Source of the DNA: Macrostomum lignano
Lineage: Eukaryota
DNA length: 64,000 bases
Direction: 5' to 3'
NCBI GenBank assembly: GCA_002269645.1
Contig: NIVC01001149.1
Coordinates: 124,001-188,000, forward strand
Shown here: in pieces, positions 59,040 through 64,000 of the stretch
Position numbering within the stretch: the stretch's first letter is position 1
Layout of the letters: each line of letters opens with the position of its first letter
Position numbers and translations under genes: made by a program
The notes under the pieces: generated by a model
Databases searched by the model: none
What the model was told of the DNA's origin: nothing
Seen by the model: the letters and a program-made list of their open reading frames with translations, nothing else

Positions 59040-61960
59040 CTAATGCCTTCGTGTGTTCCAAAGAAGGAGACACTGATTCATAGGGTGTGTACATTGACAA
59101 ATGCAATTACAGCACGCAGGGTAGGGTTGGCTTTGGTAGACGCGCGGATTTGCTTGGTTCGCATTGTTCATATATGCGCATCGAATTTTTTTCTTGCTAA
59201 CTGCTTCTATGGGGATGTATAGATGACGTAATCAGAGATAGGGCTTTGGTTGGGGGAGGCTGGGTCCGTGCTGTGAAAAGATCTGCTTGCTTCGTCAAAA
59301 TGTACATTGGGATTGAGAGAGAGGCCGGTCGAATTTCGTTGACAACTAGAAATGGAAAGGTTTGGTCAGAGAATAGGGGTGTATGTGTGTTTTGGCTTTA
59401 TTCAAAATGGTCTGTGCTGCGAAGACGAGTCCATTGACCATTGGGTGTTTGCTGTTTTGCCAATTCAGTATACTGAACCTGTTAAACTGATTGCCTCATG
59501 AGTCACTTTTCTGGGGTATGTGTAGGAGAGAGAGGCCTGAGAGAGACAAGGGCTCGATTTGGGTGGGTCCTCTGGCCCCATTCGTATTGGCTAATTTGGC
59601 GAATTGGCAAATCTACTTGCATGGGTTAAATTATTGAATATGGTCAGAGTTGAAGAATTTGGAGGATGAATCAAGATGTAAAGTTGGCAAAAACAACACT
59701 GATTCACCACATCTAAAAGATGACTGCTAGGAGCTTCGGAAATAAGACTACTGTACACAGCAGCATCAACAAAAGGTATTAAATTGTCAATCAAAATCGA
59801 CCCGTAGATGTGCGATTTTGCATGGTTCACAGTGTTCATATGTGCATCGAAAAATTTTGTTTCTTGCTAACTGCTCCTATGGGGGAGGTGGATGACGTAA
59901 TCAAGATAGGGTTTTGGTTGGAGGAGGCTCAATATATGAGTCTGTGCTGTGAAAATATCTGTTTGTACACTGAAATTGGAGAGGGAGGGTCGGAATTCCT
60001 TGACAGTTAGAAATGGTAAGGTCAGAGAGACAGGGACGAGTGGTTCTGTTCTACATGGGTCTGTGCTGTGAAGACGAGTCTAATATGACCATTGGGTGTT
60101 GGCTGTTTTGCCAATTCAGTAATAAAACCTGTCCAGCTGATTGCCGCATGAGTCACTTTTCTCGGTGGGTGCAGAAGGAGAGAGAGAGGTCTGGGAGGGA
60201 CAGTTTAAATGTCAATCGAAATCAACGGGCCGCTTCGCAGACTGTATATGTTAAAATTATTATAGCTAGGTTTATAGCAAACTTTACGTTTTAACCCTAT
60301 ATTCAAGAATAATCCCTTCCCTGACTTCTTGAGGGGTATTACACGTACCAAATACATACATTTGAATGATGAAACAGCATTAAGTTGTAAAAATTATGGT
60401 TTCTGCTGATGAAGTGATTAATTTTGTTCAATAAAGTCAGCATTTTAACGTTAAAAAGAGTAAAAACTGTGAAAATTGACCTTTTTAAAACGAAAATGTG
60501 CAATTTCTAGTAATTTAGCTTTCAATGAAAATGTCTTGGGTGGAATTCCAACTTGGGCCGGGGTGTGCATATGGAGATCAGTGTGTGACTCATTCCTGCT
60601 CGAAAGCTGTCTCTTGCCAACTTTGAAATCAGCATTTGGACAAATTAGCGGTTGAAATTATGGCTTTTTGGGATGAAACTACTAAGTTTGACCAATACAT
60701 TTCGCATTTTAACGTTAGAAAATAATAAAACTGTGAAAATTGTCATTTATTAAACGAAATAATGAGCAATTCTAACAATTCAGCTTTAAAAAACCCTGGC
60801 TTCAGTGGAATATTGGACTGGCTCGGGTAATCCGTGTGCGATTATAATTCCTGCTCAAAGCTGTCTCAGAGTTCCAGAAGTAGCATTTGTGATAATTGTG
60901 TGTTAAAATTGTGGTTTTTAGTGATGAATTACTGATTTTGATCAATAAAGTCTGCATTTTAACGTAAAAAATGCGTAAAAACTGTGAAAATTTGTGTTTT
61001 CTTATGAAAAAAATGCGCATTTCTAGCAATTTAGGCTTCAATAGCCATGTCTTTGGATGATTTTGGACTGGCTTGTGGATGTTTGTGTGGGGTTCATTCC
61101 TGCTTAAAAGCAGTCTAAGGTCAAGTTGAAAGCGACATTTGGACAAATTAGCTGTTAAAAGTATGGTTTCTAGTGATGAAACTACTGATTTTGATCAACA
61201 AAGTCTGCATTTTAAGGTTAAAATCGTAAAAAAAACTGTAAAAAGCTGCATTTTAATGAAAAAAATGTGCATTTCTAGTCATTTAGCTTTTAAAATAACC
61301 AAATTTCTTGTCTGAAATTCCAACTTTACTTTGTATGGAGAGGTCAGTGCATGATTCATTCCTGCTTCTAACAGATTAAACCGACCGTCTCAAAGACCAA
61401 GTCTGAAAGCTTGAAGTGAGAAGGTAGGGGATGCGGAGAGGCAGAATTGAATAGCCTCACGTATTTAAATATGTGGACTTCACTACTTCTAGTATAACGC
61501 AAGGGTGACTTATACAATTTACAAAGTTTAGATCAATTAAATCAGAATTGCATGCGGTGGAGACACTGATTCATACATAGGCTGTGTACATTTACAAATG
61601 CAGCTGGGGTTTGTCAATGCAGGTAGAGGTTGGCGGACTCGGATTTGCTCGCGGGGGTTGATGTGTGCATTAAAAGTTGGTTTCTTGCTAACTGGGGCGG
61701 CATGGATGACGTAATCGGAGAAGAGAGGGGTTTTGAAGTTTAATATATGGTCTGTGCTGTGGAAAGGTCTGTCTGTACACTGAAAATGGAGAGAGGGTCG
61801 AAATTCCTTGGGATTTAGAAGGGGGGACAGAGAAAACAGGGGCGAGTGTTAAAATTTAGCTCGATTTGTTATGGGGTCTGCGCTGTGTCTGGTGAACATC
61901 GGAGGGGTGGCTGTTTTCGAACAGGGTTGAATTTGACTATGGTCCGAGTTAAAGGGTGAT
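59040..61960. repeat. three old diverged copies of a several-hundred-bp unit (about 59040-59560, 59690-60190, 61540-61960)
   Basis: Shared anchors ACACTGATTCA, TTTCTTGCTAACTG (about 59190, 59860, 61681), GATGACGTAATC and TGTGCTGTG. Confidence 0.8.
60380..61370. repeat. about 255-bp AT-rich tandem repeat, 4 diverged copies
   Basis: Anchor CATTTTAA at 60441, 60705, 60955, 61208 and ATTCCTGCT at about 60592, 60847, 61096, 61357. Confidence 0.85.
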
Positions 61961-62714
61961 TCAACATTCAGTATAGGGGCTTCGAGGGGTGAGGATATAC
62001 TAGAGGGAATGGCGATGAGGAGGCCTCCCACACCCACTCAATTCGCGGTGCAGGAGGGTTTGGTAGTACAGGCTATAATTAAGTCTCAACTTGCTGTTGT
62101 CTCCTTATTGTTTTTGCTCTCTTTTTCAATTATTGAAATGAAAATATACGCTTTTCCAATGTAAAAACTATATGAATACAGTCTTTTTCATAGAATCTTG
62201 ATTTGTAACTCTACTAAAGGTAGTAGTGTAATCAGCTACATGTAGATTTTGAATAATTGACATATAAATAGGAATATGTATGTGCTTTGTAAAACTTGGG
62301 TGTTGACTCATTTGGTAGTAGATGAGATTAGTAATTCTCACCTCTGTGTACATGTAGTATTGTACATGTAATTTTGGTGCGCGCGCGCTGGGGATGACAC
62401 TGTAGATTAATGTAAGTGTACTATAGAATTGGGGATAGACAATTTGGGATATGGATTAATGTACATGGAATTAATGTACATATCCAATTTGAGATATTTA
62501 GGGATTATTGAACATGGAATTAATGTACATATATGAGCACATGGATTATTACGACTACATATTGCCACATCACGCTTAGGATAGCGTTTTCGTATACTAC
62601 TTACTTCATTTTCAGATAGTAGTATAATTTGCGTTTTTTGCGTCAAATCTGCCTAAAAATCAACACTTAACTGCACGATACGTAGTAGTCGTGATTCTGG
62701 GTAGCAACAAGCTT

Positions 62715-62818
62715 AGCCAATCAGAAAATTTGACGCTCATTTTAACAAATCGGCTCAGCCAATCAGAATCGACGTGTCCCATTATAACGAACTGCGGTCC
62801 AGTTGGCGGCTATTTAAA
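62715..62818 (+). promoter_or_regulatory. promoter-like module: two AGCCAATCAG boxes 42 bp apart plus TATTTAAA
   Basis: CCAAT at 62717 and 62759, TATA variant at 62811-62818, followed by a GC/CpG-richer segment. No downstream gene identified. Confidence 0.45.
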
Positions 62819-64000
62819 CCGGTGTTTTTGCCCGCTCGGACGGCACCTCCCTTTCCGGGTGCTACCCCTGCAAACCTTTTATGCGACCGGGTGCCAACCT
62901 GGCTCCACCGACCAGGAATTGACCGTCGTTTCTTGATCCCCGGATTGCGACTTCCCCCTATCATCATCAAGGACGAATCCCCCCGGTCATCAGCAGTGAA
63001 CATCAAAGTGAAGAGCATCACCTGCTAGCTATCAGCAAAGATTGTGACATCAGCATCATCCCGGGCCTACAGCTGCGAAGCACTAAGCCGATTCGGTCAC
63101 TGTGGATTACCTGGTCTCCGGCTGTTGAGTTTCTGATTGGTTGGGTGAGAGGCTACCTAGACTTGCTTGATTGGGTGATCCCTTTTCTGTCCCCTGTTGC
63201 AGTAGCTGAATTAGGCGCACACTTTTGCTCATTTTGTTCAGTAGTGCTGTTGCTGAGGCAGGAATCATTCAATAATACTGCTAGTAGTCTAAGACTCCAA
63301 TTCAGTCTGAAGTCTGAACTAAGGAGAAGGTTAAATCTAACAGATATTTTTATCGGTTTTATTTCTTTGTTCGCCGATGGCTCAGATGAGTAGCTAAGCT
63401 AGTAGGCGCCGGTCACAGTGGACCAATGGCAAGGCAGTTCTCAGTCGACCAATCTATCAAATCAGTGAGCAAAACTGCCAGAAGTGCAGAATCGGCGCCA
63501 GAGATGTACTTTGTGCACTCTAGGGTAGCCAAGCGGCTCGGGTAAATGAATCATGCGGTCTCTGAAGTTCGAGCTAGTCTATAATCAGCGCTATGAGAGG
63601 CTAGTTGGCGCGTTGAAGGCCAAAAGTACATATCTTCGTATTTAGCAATGTAATAGTACATGTAGCTACCCCATAGACTCGCCACCGCAAGAATCCCCTG
63701 CACAAGTCCCCTCTGTACCTGCATGGCCAATGCGATCTAGTCCCAGCAGTGTCCCTTATCATCGGCTATGACTTCGAGATTGACAGCAAAAAGACACTAG
63801 TTGGCAGGTAAGTGCAAAGCCCCTTCTAGTCGGAAGCCCGATTTCGAGAGTCCCGGTGTGGTGAGCCAGGGCGCACGGGCTGGTGGCAGCAAGTTAGTTG
63901 ATCTGCGGATTAGCTAATTTCTACTTTCAAAATTCTCCCTGCTCGTCTCTCGCTGTCCCTCTCTTAGCTATAGGACCTAGACTGCTCGCCACACGATCAA

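Overview
Eukaryotic, intron-rich invertebrate genomic DNA; the gene families and repeat style suggest a flatworm such as Macrostomum, but that is only an inference. The ORF track uses non-ATG starts and misses splicing, so gene models below were assembled by hand from GT/AG sites with reading-phase checks. From left to right: (1) the 3' part of a Ty3/Gypsy LTR retrotransposon with two nonsense codons (1-3877); (2) a tandem pair of spliced ankyrin-repeat + STE/MAP3K-like kinase genes (5863-11681 intact, 14884-18387 apparently frameshifted), whose ankyrin loops diverge far faster than the kinase; (3) a very recent Gypsy insertion with identical 267-bp LTRs, a GTAT target-site duplication and a -1 frameshift signal, yet with broken RT/RNase H and integrase (20071-24117); (4) a LINE 3' fragment; (5) a 9-exon class C GPCR of the glutamate-insensitive mangetout/mXR type (27900-44778) with large intronic micro/minisatellites; (6) a minus-strand cluster of secreted fibrinogen-related genes (one intact, one disrupted, one fragment) carrying an unrecognised duplicated N-terminal domain and a hypervariable ligand-binding region (45893-54992); (7) a decayed THAP/P-element transposase, old nested tandem repeats and a CCAAT/TATA promoter-like site (56-63 kb). 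The best candidates for undescribed biology are the two tandem families that pair a variable recognition surface with a conserved remainder: ankyrin-kinases and novel-domain FReDs. No rRNA, tRNA or CRISPR array was found.
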